Origin: an uncultured beta proteobacterium
GTDB taxonomy: Bacteria > Pseudomonadota > Gammaproteobacteria > Burkholderiales > Casimicrobiaceae
Length of the DNA: 64,000 nucleotides
Assembly: GCA_963851465.1 (NCBI GenBank)
Contig: CAWKPJ010000008.1
Location: 25,579-89,578, forward strand
Direction of reading: 5' to 3'
Shown: piece by piece, positions 1-9,794 of the stretch
How positions within the stretch are numbered: position 1 is the first letter of the stretch
Layout: every line of letters begins with the position of its first letter
The notes under the pieces: generated by a model
What the model saw: only the letters and a program-made list of their open reading frames with translations
Told to the model about the DNA's origin: nothing
Databases searched by the model: none
Program-made: the position numbers and the translations under genes

Positions 1-32
1 AGCGCGAGTTGCAGCCAGCCCGAGGCGTTCAT
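1..32 (-). CDS. kdpA: K+-transporting ATPase subunit A, N-terminal fragment (runs off the window)
   Basis: ATG at 32 overlaps the kdpF stop (ATGA). It reads MNASGWLQLA, like a KdpA start, and lies directly after kdpF. Confidence 0.7.
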   Translation of the reverse strand, partial: MNASGWLQLA

Positions 33-121
33 TCGAAGACCTCCGGCTTGAACAGCGCGACGATCAGATAGACGAAGATGACGAGCGCGGCGGCGCCGCT
101 CAGCCAGTAGACCCAGTTCAT
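29..121 (-). CDS. kdpF: K+-transporting ATPase subunit F
   Basis: 30-aa hydrophobic peptide MNWVYWLSGAAALVIFVYLIVALFKPEVFE with the KdpF-type YLxxALxxPExF end; GGAGG RBS upstream. Confidence 0.9.
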   Translation of the reverse strand: MNWVYWLSGAAALVIFVYLIVALFKPEVFE

Positions 122-223
122 GACCGGCCTCCCTTGTCCATCAGGCTGGCGCAGAAGCGCACCAGCCCCGCCGACAGCGGCGAAGAAGCCGACGATCAGT
201 CCGACGAAGATGAAATCCATCAT
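118..223 (-). CDS. Small membrane peptide upstream of kdpF (one indel corrected)
   Basis: Removing one base near 178 gives MMDFIFVGLIVGFFALSAGLVRFCASLMDKGGRS*, whose TGA overlaps the kdpF ATG; GGGAG RBS upstream. Confidence 0.6.
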
Positions 224-309
224 TGCTCGTTCTCCCGCTCACCCGTCATTACAATGCGGCCATGCTAGGCAGTCCCCGATATAGACCGCGTACAAATTGC
301 GCGGCCCGG

Positions 310-326
310 CGTAAAAAGGCTGTAAA
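310..326 (-). promoter_or_regulatory. Putative KdpE binding site
   Basis: Minus strand reads TTTACAGCCTTTTTACG, which resembles the E. coli KdpE site TTTATACTTTTTTTACA (two half-sites 11 bp apart), upstream of kdpF. Confidence 0.7.
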
Positions 327-356
327 CGCGCCGGCACGGCGAGCACGGTCCGACCC

Positions 357-1046
357 ATCGAAAACGTCCCGCAGCTGCTGATCGTCGAGGACGATCGCGA
401 GATCCGGCGCTTCGTGCGCGCGGCGTTCGAAGCCGAGGGCTATCGGGTCTTCGAGGCCGAGACGCTTGCGCGCGGGGTCATCGAGGCGGGCACGCGCAAG
501 CCCGACCTGATCGTCCTCGACCTCGGCCTGCCCGACGGCGACGGCGTGGCGCTGGTGCGCGACGTGCGCGGCTGGAGCAGCGTGCCGATCATCGTGCTGT
601 CCGCACGCGTCGACGAAGCCGACAAGGTCACGGCGCTGGACGCGGGCGCCGACGACTATCTGGTGAAGCCGTTCGGGGTCGCGGAGCTCATGGCGCGCGT
701 CCGCGCCGCGCTGCGGCGCCGCGCGCGCGGCGCCGACGAATCGCCCATCGTCGAGCTCTCGCGACGTCAGGATCGACCTCGCCAACCGGCGCGTCACGCG
801 CGCCGGCGCCGACGTCCATCTCACGCAGCTCGAGTTCCGCCTGCTCGCGACGCTCGTCGCCCATCCGGGCAAGGTGCTGACGCACCGGCACCTGCTGCGT
901 GAGGTCTGGGGTCCCGCCTACGTCGAGCACAATCACTACCTGCGCATCTACATGGGCCACCTGCGGCACAAGCTGGAGGCCGACCCGACGCAGCCCCGCC
1001 ATCTCCTCACCGAAACGGGCGTCGGCTACCGGTTCCAGCGGGGTGA
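357..1046 (+). CDS. kdpE: OmpR-family response regulator KdpE (start approximate; indels near 760 and 1041)
   Basis: LLIVEDD, PDLIVLDLGLPDGDG, ALDAGADDYLVKPF, HYLRIYMGHLRHKLEADPTQPRHLLTETGVGYRF; divergent from kdpFA. Confidence 0.88.
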
Positions 1047-1165
1047 CACCCTCTGCCCCGCTTGCGCTACCATGGCGAAAAGACCATCGTCGGGCGCGCG
1101 AGAGATCGTGCGAATAAGCGGCGAGACGTGCGATTACCGCGCAAGCCAACCACCTGAGGCCGACC

Positions 1166-2348
<1,183 letters not shown>

Positions 2349-2441
2349 CGCTGAGCTGACGCACAGCGCGGCGGCAGGCGATCCGTGCGGGCCGACTCGG
2401 TCGGCCAAGCTACCGATAACAATCAACAAGGAGGAAACAAC

Positions 2442-3194
2442 ATGGCAACGAATCCATCGCGTCGCGCTGGTGACCGGCGGCATGGGCGGGCTGGGGGAAG
2501 CGATCTGCATCAAGATGGCGGCGCTGGGCTACAGGGTCGTGACGACGCATTCGCCGGGCAACACCAAGGCCGCCGAATGGCTGGGCGCGATGAAGAGGCA
2601 GGGCTTCGACTTTCGCGCCTACGCCTGCGACGTCGCCGACTGGGATTCGGCCGCCGCATGCGCGCAGAAAGTCGCCGAGCGAGGTCGGCCCGATCGACGT
2701 GCTGGTCAACAACGCCGGGCATCACGCGCGACATGACGTTCAAGAAGATGGACAAGGCGAACTGGGACATGGTGATCAAGACCAACCTCGATTCGTGCTT
2801 CAACATGACCAAGCAGGTCTGCGACGGCATGGTCGACCGCAACTGGGGCCGCATCATCAACATCTCGTCGGTCAACGGGCAGAAAGGCGCGTTCGGGCAG
2901 ACCAACTATTCGGCGGCGAAGGCCGGCATGCACGGCTTCACCAAGGCGCTCGCGCTCGAAGTGGCGCGCAAGGGCGTCACCGTCAACACGATCTCGCCCG
3001 GCTACATCGGCACGAAGATGGTGATGGCGATCCCGAAGGAAGTGCTCGACAGCAAGATCATTCCGCAGATCCCGATGGGCCGCCTCGGCAAGCCGGAGGA
3101 AGTGGCGGGCCTCGTCGCCTATCTGGCGAGCGAGGAGGCGGCGTTCCTCACCGGCGCGAACATCGCGATCAACGGCGGGCAGCACATGTTCTGA
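2442..3194 (+). CDS. phaB: Acetoacetyl-CoA reductase (indels near 2455, 2680 and 2718)
   Basis: AGGAGG RBS; VALVTGGMGGLG, NNAG, SSVNGQKGAFGQTNYSAAKAG, INGGQHM. Confidence 0.92.
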   Translation: MATNPSRRAGDRRHGRAGGSDLHQDGGAGLQGRDDAFAGQHQGRRMAGRDEEAGLRLSRLRLRRRRLGFGRRMRAESRRARSARSTCWSTTPGITRDMTFKKMDKANWDMVIKTNLDSCFNMTKQVCDGMVDRNWGRIINISSVNGQKGAFGQTNYSAAKAGMHGFTKALALEVARKGVTVNTISPGYIGTKMVMAIPKEVLDSKIIPQIPMGRLGKPEEVAGLVAYLASEEAAFLTGANIAINGGQHMF

Positions 3195-3196
3195 CG

Positions 3197-4807
3197 ATGC
3201 AGAGCCGTCGCCGCAGCTTCGTCGCAGCGGCGGTCGCGGCCTGCCGAGGAGAGTCGTCGCGCAGCAGCGTGTCGCAGCGGCAGCCGCGGCCTGCGCCACA
3301 ATGGCGCTACCGCAGGCAAGCGCAGCGCCATCGATGGGGCCGGTGCCCAAGGCCGAATGCGGCCCCTCGGATCGGACCGAAAGCGGATTGCAGGGTCAGA
3401 CCACGTCGCTGGAACGCGCGAGCGGCGACTCGGAACGCGGCTACAACTGCAATCTCGAGCTCGTCGGCCAGTTCCGAGGGGAGGGGGCCTTTTCGCAGAA
3501 CGGGCCGGCGTACTTTGATCACTGCGCCTACATGTCAACGGAAAACAACCCTCAGCAAGCGCACCCGGGTGTCGTGGTGATCGATGTTTCGGATCCCACG
3601 AATCCACGGCCGACCGCGTACCTCGACGACACGCCGGCGGGGCTCAACCCGCACGAAAACATCAAGGTGAACCAGGCGCGCGGACTCCTCGGGCTCGCCC
3701 AAAGCAACGGGCCGAATTTCGCCGTTTATGACCTGAACGAGCGACTGCGCCCACCCGAAACTGGCGTCCAGCATCACGGTGCCCAATAGCTCGGGCCACA
3801 TGGGTGGCTGGGCCGAGGACGGCAAGACGTACTACATCGGCCAGAGCTTTCGAGGCGTGGACGGCATCATGCCGATCATCGACGTCACCGACCCGTACAA
3901 CGCGAAGTGGCTCCTCAACTGGACGTTCACCGGTGATGGCCGGCCCCACGACCTCTCCACCAACAAGGACGGCACGCGGATGTACGCGGGGCAACCCGGC
4001 AACTTCGGCGTGGCGCCGACCAATTCTTCGTTCGGGCCGGACGGGCTGGTGATCCTGGACATGAGCGACATTCAGTTCCGTCGCCCCAATCCGCAGATCC
4101 GGATTGTCAGCAGGCTCTTCTGGAATGACCAAGGGCAAGCGGAACAGATGCTTCCCTTCTTCTCCCACGGACGCTCGTACCTCATCAGCACGGACGAGTC
4201 CGGCGGTCAGGCAGGCGTTGGTGGTCTGGCGGCGGCATGTGCCCGGGGAGCGTCGCCGTACGGTTATTCGAATGTCATCGACATCACCGACGAGACGAAC
4301 CCGAGAATCGTCTCCAAGATCATGCTCGAAGTGCACGACCCCAAGAATTGCACGAAATTCCTCGCTGAGCCGCCAGAAGTCGGCGGCGGGATCCTCGACT
4401 ATTCCACTGAAAGATGCGCTGTGGACCGTCCGAAGAATCCGACGCTGGCCGCTTGCGGCTCGAGAGGCACAGGCACCCGGGTTTACGACATTCGCGATCC
4501 CCTCCACCCTGCGGAGATCGCGTACTGGAAGGGGCCGGCTCCGCGGACGGCCTTCCTTCCCGGATCAGGTAGCTGGTCACCGAGCGTCGATCGAACCGTC
4601 GAAAAGCAAGCGGGTTTGGCGCGCTTTGTCAAGGTTCCTGCCGCCAACGGGAAAGGGCACGAGCTGAATCTTTGGATCGTCGGTGATGCCGGCGGTTTTC
4701 AGGTTCTCCGCTTTACCGACGAGTTCTTGAAGACGAAGCCGGGCAAGGCGATCCACGCCGAAGCTATTGAGGGGAAGTCGGACGGAGTAAAGTCGTCAGG
4801 CAGCTAG
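3197..4807 (+). CDS. Secreted LVIVD-repeat-like / beta-propeller hypothetical protein (5' end uncertain, indel near 3740)
   Basis: Repeated VVVIDVSDPTNP, IIDVTDP, VIDITDETNPRIV and VYDIRDPLHP motifs across ORFs 3301-3789 and 3779-4807; Ala-rich signal-like N-terminus. Confidence 0.6.
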
Positions 4808-4871
4808 GCAAGGCAAGCCAGCACATGTGAGATCTTCGATAGGCAAGCTTGCCGTCTGCTCGAAATGTGCT

Positions 4872-4905
4872 GGCTCTTCGATCGCGGTCGAAGAGCCATT
4901 TTTTT
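4872..4905 (+). terminator. Intrinsic terminator
   Basis: GGCTCTTCGA-tcgcgg-TCGAAGAGCC stem followed by ATTTTTTT. Confidence 0.8.
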
Positions 4906-5064
4906 GGTTGAAGCGCGCCGACTGTCCGACAACGCAGGGTCCGGTGAGCTGCTGATCAAACAGGCCAAGCGGCCCGCAAGTGGCCCGCCGACCCCGGGAT
5001 CTAGGGCAAGATAGCGGTGGACGCGCGGCGTGCACGTTGTGCGCACACGTTCCGTGGAGTGGTC

Positions 5065-6049
5065 ATGACGAACAGCCGAATACTCGCGTCGTTGCGATAT
5101 GCCGCGATCGCGCTTGTGCGCTGCCGGCGCGCACCGGATCGCGCAGGAGGCCTATCCGTCGAAGCCGATCACGCTGATCGTGCCGTTCCCGCCCGGCGGC
5201 GTCGCCGACATCGTCGGGCGGCCGTTCGCCGACGCGCTGTCGCGCGAATTGAAGACGCCCGTCGTGATCGAGAACAAGCCGGGCGCGGGCGGCGGCATCG
5301 GCATGGGCTTCGTCGCGAAGGCGAAGCCCGACGGCTATACGCTGCTGCTCGCGCTGTCGTCGATCTCCATCCTGCCCGAAGCGGACAAGGTCACCGGACG
5401 CACGCCGCTCTTTCAGCTCGACCAGTTCGTGCCGATCGCGCGGCTCACCGCCGATCCGACGGTGCTCGCCGTGCGCGCGGAGAGCCCGTGGAAATCGTTG
5501 GCGGAATTCGTGGCGGATGCGAAGGCGCGTCCGGGCGCGATCACCTACGGCTCGTCGGGCAACTACGGCACGATGCACATGCCGATGGAGATGCTGGCGC
5601 AAAGCGCCGGCATCAAGCTGCTGCACGTCCCGTTCACCGGCGGCGGCCCCGCGGTGGCGGCGCTGCTCGGCGGCACGGTCGATGCGCTCTCGACCGGACC
5701 GTCCACGGTGATTCCGCACATGAAGGCCGGCAAGGTACGCATCCTCGCCTCGTGGGGCGACAAGCGCCTCGCCTCGTTGCCCGACGTCGCGACGCTTTCG
5801 GAATCAGGATTCAACACCGTCTTCTTCCAATGGTCGGCGTTGTTCGCGCCCGCGGGAACGCCCGAAGCTGCGCTGGCAAGGCTGCGCGACGCCACGCGCG
5901 TCGCCGCCGCCGATCCGAAGTTCGTCAATGCGCTTCTGACCGTCGACACGCCCGTGCAGTACCTCGACGCCGCCGAGTTCGCACGCTTCTGGGACGCCGA
6001 CGCGAAAAAGCTCGCCGAGGCGGTACAGCGGGTCGGCAAGCTCGAATAG
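5065..6049 (+). CDS. Bug/TctC-family tripartite tricarboxylate transporter substrate-binding protein (indel in the signal peptide)
   Basis: YPSKPITLIVPFPPGG, VIENKPGAGG, AKPDGYTLL, HVPFTGGG; GGAG RBS before ATG 5065. Confidence 0.88.
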
Positions 6050-6144
6050 TTCTTCCGGCTCGACCGGCGTCCCGCATCCAATTCGTTCGCATTGCCGTAC
6101 ATGGCTAGGTCGGGGACTGTCAGCCCCTCCTTCGGAGTATTCCA

Positions 6145-6660
6145 ATGCGGATCACCACTCTCGCGGCGCTTGTCGCCTGTGCGACGTTTCCCATGACCGT
6201 TTGCGCCCAGACGATGGACGTGCCCGATGCGGTCAAGGCCCCTGCCGGCAACAAGCCGGCCATGACGCTGAAAGGCGCGGGCGATCTCACGTACGAGTGC
6301 AAGACCAACGCCGCCGGCGCGATGGAGTGGACGTTCGCCGGCCCGATGGCGACGCTGACCGACACCAGGACTGGCCAGACGGTAGGCAAATACTACGGCG
6401 GACCCACATGGGAGGCGATGGACGGAAGCAAGGTGACGGGCAAGCAGCAAGCCGTGGCACCCTCGTCCGCCGGCAACATTCCCATGCAGCTCGTCAAAGC
6501 CGAGCCCGCGATGGGCAAGGGGATGATGGAAGGGATCACGTACATCCAGCGCGTGAACACCAAGGGCGGCGTCGCGCCCATGGACGCGTGCAGCGCGGCC
6601 AACGCCGGTGCGAAAATGACCGTTCCGTATCAAGCCGACTACGTGTTCTACCGGATGTAG
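6145..6660 (+). CDS. Secreted DUF3455-like protein
   Basis: Signal peptide; GxGxxxYEC, YYGGPTW...DGS, YIQRVNTKGGVAP and a VPYQADYVFY C-terminus. Confidence 0.75.
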   Translation: MRITTLAALVACATFPMTVCAQTMDVPDAVKAPAGNKPAMTLKGAGDLTYECKTNAAGAMEWTFAGPMATLTDTRTGQTVGKYYGGPTWEAMDGSKVTGKQQAVAPSSAGNIPMQLVKAEPAMGKGMMEGITYIQRVNTKGGVAPMDACSAANAGAKMTVPYQADYVFYRM

Positions 6661-6668
6661 CTCGACTG

Positions 6669-6699
6669 AAAAGAAAAAGGCCCCGCCGGAGCGGGGCCT
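6669..6699 (-). terminator. Intrinsic terminator of the phasin/sRNA transcript
   Basis: Minus strand AGGCCCCGC-tccg-GCGGGGCCT followed by TTTTCTTTT. Confidence 0.85.
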
Positions 6700-6760
6700 G
6701 AGGCTGTATCAATTCAGGAGGAGGAGTATTGATACAGAGGAGACTACACCCACGAAATTG
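6669..6760 (-). ncRNA. Candidate anti-SD small RNA (Betaproteobacteria toxic-sRNA-like) in the phasin 3' UTR; 5' end uncertain
   Basis: Minus strand GTCTCCT, then a perfect 10-bp stem CTGTATCAAT/ATTGATACAG with loop ACTCCTCCTCCTGA, then the terminator. Confidence 0.6.
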
Positions 6761-6902
6761 GGACCTTCACCGGCTTTTCAAGTTCTCTCTGGAAGAACCT
6801 GTCCGGGCGCCTGTCGCGGGTGACCGGCCGTCCGGAATTGCTTCCGGAGGCCGGTGCCGACGATTGGAAGCTGGCCTCAGCTACCAAACTCGGTTATCAA
6901 CC

Positions 6903-7445
6903 TTAGGCGGCGCGCTTGCCCTTGACCGTCTTGGTCGCTTGCGCGGACGCGGCGCGGAAGTTCGCGTCGGCCAGGCTCACGACCTGCTTGGTCGCCTTCT
7001 GGAACTGGTCGAACGCAGCCGTCGAAGCGGCGAACGTCGACTTGAACGCGTTGAAACCGGACTCCGAGCCGGCCGGGGCCGACTTGCTCGCCTTGTCGAC
7101 GAACGCGGCGACACCCTTCGTGTACGACGCCCAGGCTTCTTCGGCGAACGCGGTGTACTCGGCTTGCGCTTCCGCGGCCAGTTCGTACAGCGTCTTCGAG
7201 TAGCCGGTCGCGGCTTGCACGCCCGCTTCCGTGAACTTGGTGCGCAGCGCGACGAGTTCCTGGACATCCTTGACCGACGCGACGGCTTGCGCGCTTTCGA
7301 CGCCCTGAACCAGCGCAGCCCTGGCCGCGGTGAGGTTCAGCTTGACGATCTTTTCGGTGTTCTCGAGCGAGAGCGACGCGAGCCTGACGACGTTCGCGTA
7401 ATTGACTTTGCCGATGTCGGCGAATTGTTCGGTAGCGTTGTACAT
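6903..7445 (-). CDS. phaP: Phasin (PHA granule-associated protein)
   Basis: 180-aa Ala-rich protein MYNATEQFADIGK...KLNL...SAPAGSE..., GAGG RBS, divergent from phaR. Confidence 0.85.
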   Translation of the reverse strand: MYNATEQFADIGKVNYANVVRLASLSLENTEKIVKLNLTAARAALVQGVESAQAVASVKDVQELVALRTKFTEAGVQAATGYSKTLYELAAEAQAEYTAFAEEAWASYTKGVAAFVDKASKSAPAGSESGFNAFKSTFAASTAAFDQFQKATKQVVSLADANFRAASAQATKTVKGKRAA

Positions 7446-7569
7446 GGCGTTTCCTCTATGTGAACGTGGGTGAATGGAATCGTCGCGGTGTAGCGTCGGG
7501 GACCCCTGTTCCGGGTCCGGGGTCTGCAGGGGTTCGCCCGTTCGCGTCACCGCCCTGCCACCCACCCAA

Positions 7570-7670
7570 TGCTGCACCGCACAAAACCAATTGTAGGGAC
7601 AGGAAACACCCAAGTCAAGAACTTTTTTGTGCGCCGCACCAAATGGCCCTGCTGCCGGCGCTGCACCAAA
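7570..7670. promoter_or_regulatory. Putative PhaR operator sites
   Basis: TGCTGCACCGCACAA (7570-7584), TTGTGCGCCGCACCA (7627-7641) and GCGCTGCACCA (about 7658-7668) are TGC-N3-GCA-type boxes flanking the phaP promoter. Confidence 0.65.
7590..7618 (-). promoter_or_regulatory. Sigma70 promoter of phaP
   Basis: Minus strand TTGACT-17 bp-TACAAT. Confidence 0.8.
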
Positions 7671-7729
7671 ACCAAACGTGCAATAAATCAGTGGGTTATA
7701 CTTGACCGGTTCGACCTCTGGAGACCGCC

Positions 7730-8305
7730 ATGAGCGAGTCCGTCCGTACGATCAAGAAGTATCCCAACCGGCGTCTGTACGACACGGCCAACAGCGGCTA
7801 CATCACGCTGGCCGACGTCAAGCAGATGGTGCTGGAGGGGATCGACTTCCAGGTCGTCGACGCCAAAAGCGGCGACGACCTGACCCGTGCCATCCTGCTG
7901 CAGATCATCCTCGACGAGGAAGCCGGCGGCATGCCCATGTTCAGCTCCGAAATGCTGGCGCAGATGATCCGTTTCTACGGCAGCGCACAGCAGACGATCA
8001 TGGGGCAGTACATCGAGCAGAACGTCAAGGCGTTCATGGCGATTCAGAAGAAGCTGCAGGACCAGGCCAAGGTGGTGTATGGCGACAAGATGATGCTGAC
8101 GCCCGACCTGTGGAAGCAGTTCATGCAGATGCAGGCGCCCGCGATGCAGGGCATGCTCGGCAACTATCTCGAGCAGAGCGCGAAGCTGTTCATGGACATG
8201 CAGCAGCGGATGCAGGACCAGACGCGCGGCATGTTCTCGGCGTTCCCGTTTCCCAACTTCGGTGCGCCGCCGCAAACCGCACCCGAAGACGACAAGAAAC
8301 GCTGA
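7730..8305 (+). CDS. phaR: Polyhydroxyalkanoate synthesis repressor
   Basis: IKKYPNRRLYDT...YITLADV...DAKSGDDLTRAILLQII. Confidence 0.95.
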   Translation: MSESVRTIKKYPNRRLYDTANSGYITLADVKQMVLEGIDFQVVDAKSGDDLTRAILLQIILDEEAGGMPMFSSEMLAQMIRFYGSAQQTIMGQYIEQNVKAFMAIQKKLQDQAKVVYGDKMMLTPDLWKQFMQMQAPAMQGMLGNYLEQSAKLFMDMQQRMQDQTRGMFSAFPFPNFGAPPQTAPEDDKKR

Positions 8306-8377
8306 CGGCGCGAACGCGCCGCACCAACGCATGCTTTCGCGCGGCGTTGCTGCAGCGCGCGACGCTGCCCTTGTCCG

Positions 8378-9757
8378 ATGACCGCACGTGTTGAACGGAA
8401 TCTGAAGCGCGCCGCGCCTCCCCCGCGCGTCGGCTTCGTCTCGCTCGGCTGTCCGAAGGCGCTCGTCGATTCCGAGCAGATCCTGACGCAGCTCCGCGCC
8501 GAGGGCTATGCGATCTCCCCGACGTACGACGGCGCCGATCTCGTGGTCGTCAACACCTGCGGCTTCATCGACGCCGCAATCGGCGAATCGCTCGATGCGA
8601 TCGGCGAGGCGCTGGCGGAGAACGGCAAGGTGATCGTCACTGGTTGCCTCGGCGCGAAACAGGGCGGCGATTTCGTCCGCGAGGCGCATCCGCAGGTCCT
8701 CGCGGTCACGGGGCCGCACGCAACGCAGGAAGTGATGAGCGCGGTGCACCTGCACCTGCCCAAGCCGCATGACCCCTTCGTCGACCTCGTGCCGCCGCAA
8801 GGGATCAAGCTGACGCCGACGCACTACGCCTATCTCAAGATCAGCGAAGGCTGCAATCACCGCTGCACGTTCTGCATCATCCCGTCGATGCGCGGCGATC
8901 TCGTCAGCCGGCCGATCGGCGAGGTGATGCTCGAGGCGGAGCGGCTGCTGAAGGCGGGCGTCAAGGAGCTGCTGGTCGTGTCGCAGGACACGAGCGCGTA
9001 CGGCGTCGACGTGCGCTACCGTACCGGCTTCTGGCGCGGACGCCCCGTCAAGACCCGGATGAACGAGCTCGCGCGCGAGCTCGCCGCTCTGGCGCGCGAG
9101 CACGGCGCGTGGGTGCGGCTGCACTACGTCTACCCGTACCCGCACGTCGACGACGTTATCCCGCTGATGGGCGACGGCGGCGGCGAGCCCGGGCTTCTCG
9201 CGTATCTCGACGTGCCGTTCCAGCACGCGAGCCCGCGCATCCTCAAGCTGATGAAGCGTCCCGCTGCGCCGGAGAAAGTGCTCGATCGGCTGACCGCATG
9301 GCGGCGCGCACGGCCCGACCTCACCGTGCGCAGCACGTTCATCGTTGGCTTCCCGGGAGAGACCGACGCCGAATTCGACGAACTGCTCGCGTTCCTCGAC
9401 GCGGCGAATCTCGACCGCGTCGGCTGCTTCGCGTACTCGCCGGTCGATGGCGCGGCAGCGAATGCGCTGCCCGACCCGGTTCCCGCCGACGTCGCTGAAG
9501 ACCGGCGCGCGCGCTTCATGGCGGCGCAGGCGCGCATCAGCGCAATGCGGCTCGCCGGCAAGGTCGGCCGCACCCTCACCGTGCTCGTCGACGAGGTGTC
9601 CGACGGCGTCGCGATCGGGCGCTCGGCGGCCGACGCGCCGGAGATCGACGGCGTCGTTCGCATCGAGGACGGCGCCGCACTCACGCCGGGCGCATTCGCG
9701 CGCGTGACGATCGCGCACGCTGAAGCGCACGACCTCTCCGGCCGCCTCGCCCGCTGA
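8378..9757 (+). CDS. rimO: Ribosomal protein S12 methylthiotransferase (radical SAM)
   Basis: [25 protein letters not shown]-like APEIDG; phaR-rimO synteny. Confidence 0.95.
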   Translation: MTARVERNLKRAAPPPRVGFVSLGCPKALVDSEQILTQLRAEGYAISPTYDGADLVVVNTCGFIDAAIGESLDAIGEALAENGKVIVTGCLGAKQGGDFVREAHPQVLAVTGPHATQEVMSAVHLHLPKPHDPFVDLVPPQGIKLTPTHYAYLKISEGCNHRCTFCIIPSMRGDLVSRPIGEVMLEAERLLKAGVKELLVVSQDTSAYGVDVRYRTGFWRGRPVKTRMNELARELAALAREHGAWVRLHYVYPYPHVDDVIPLMGDGGGEPGLLAYLDVPFQHASPRILKLMKRPAAPEKVLDRLTAWRRARPDLTVRSTFIVGFPGETDAEFDELLAFLDAANLDRVGCFAYSPVDGAAANALPDPVPADVAEDRRARFMAAQARISAMRLAGKVGRTLTVLVDEVSDGVAIGRSAADAPEIDGVVRIEDGAALTPGAFARVTIAHAEAHDLSGRLAR

Positions 9758-9794
9758 TCCGCCGATCCGGGCGATCAGCGATTAGAATCCGCTG

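Noticed and set aside
29-223. A single 64-aa extended KdpF
   Set aside because: KdpF has its own RBS and ATG at 121. One indel explains the join and restores a separate upstream peptide.
7446-7613. 56-aa N-terminal extension of the phasin
   Set aside because: It overlaps the promoter and operator region, and an RBS precedes the ATG at 7445.
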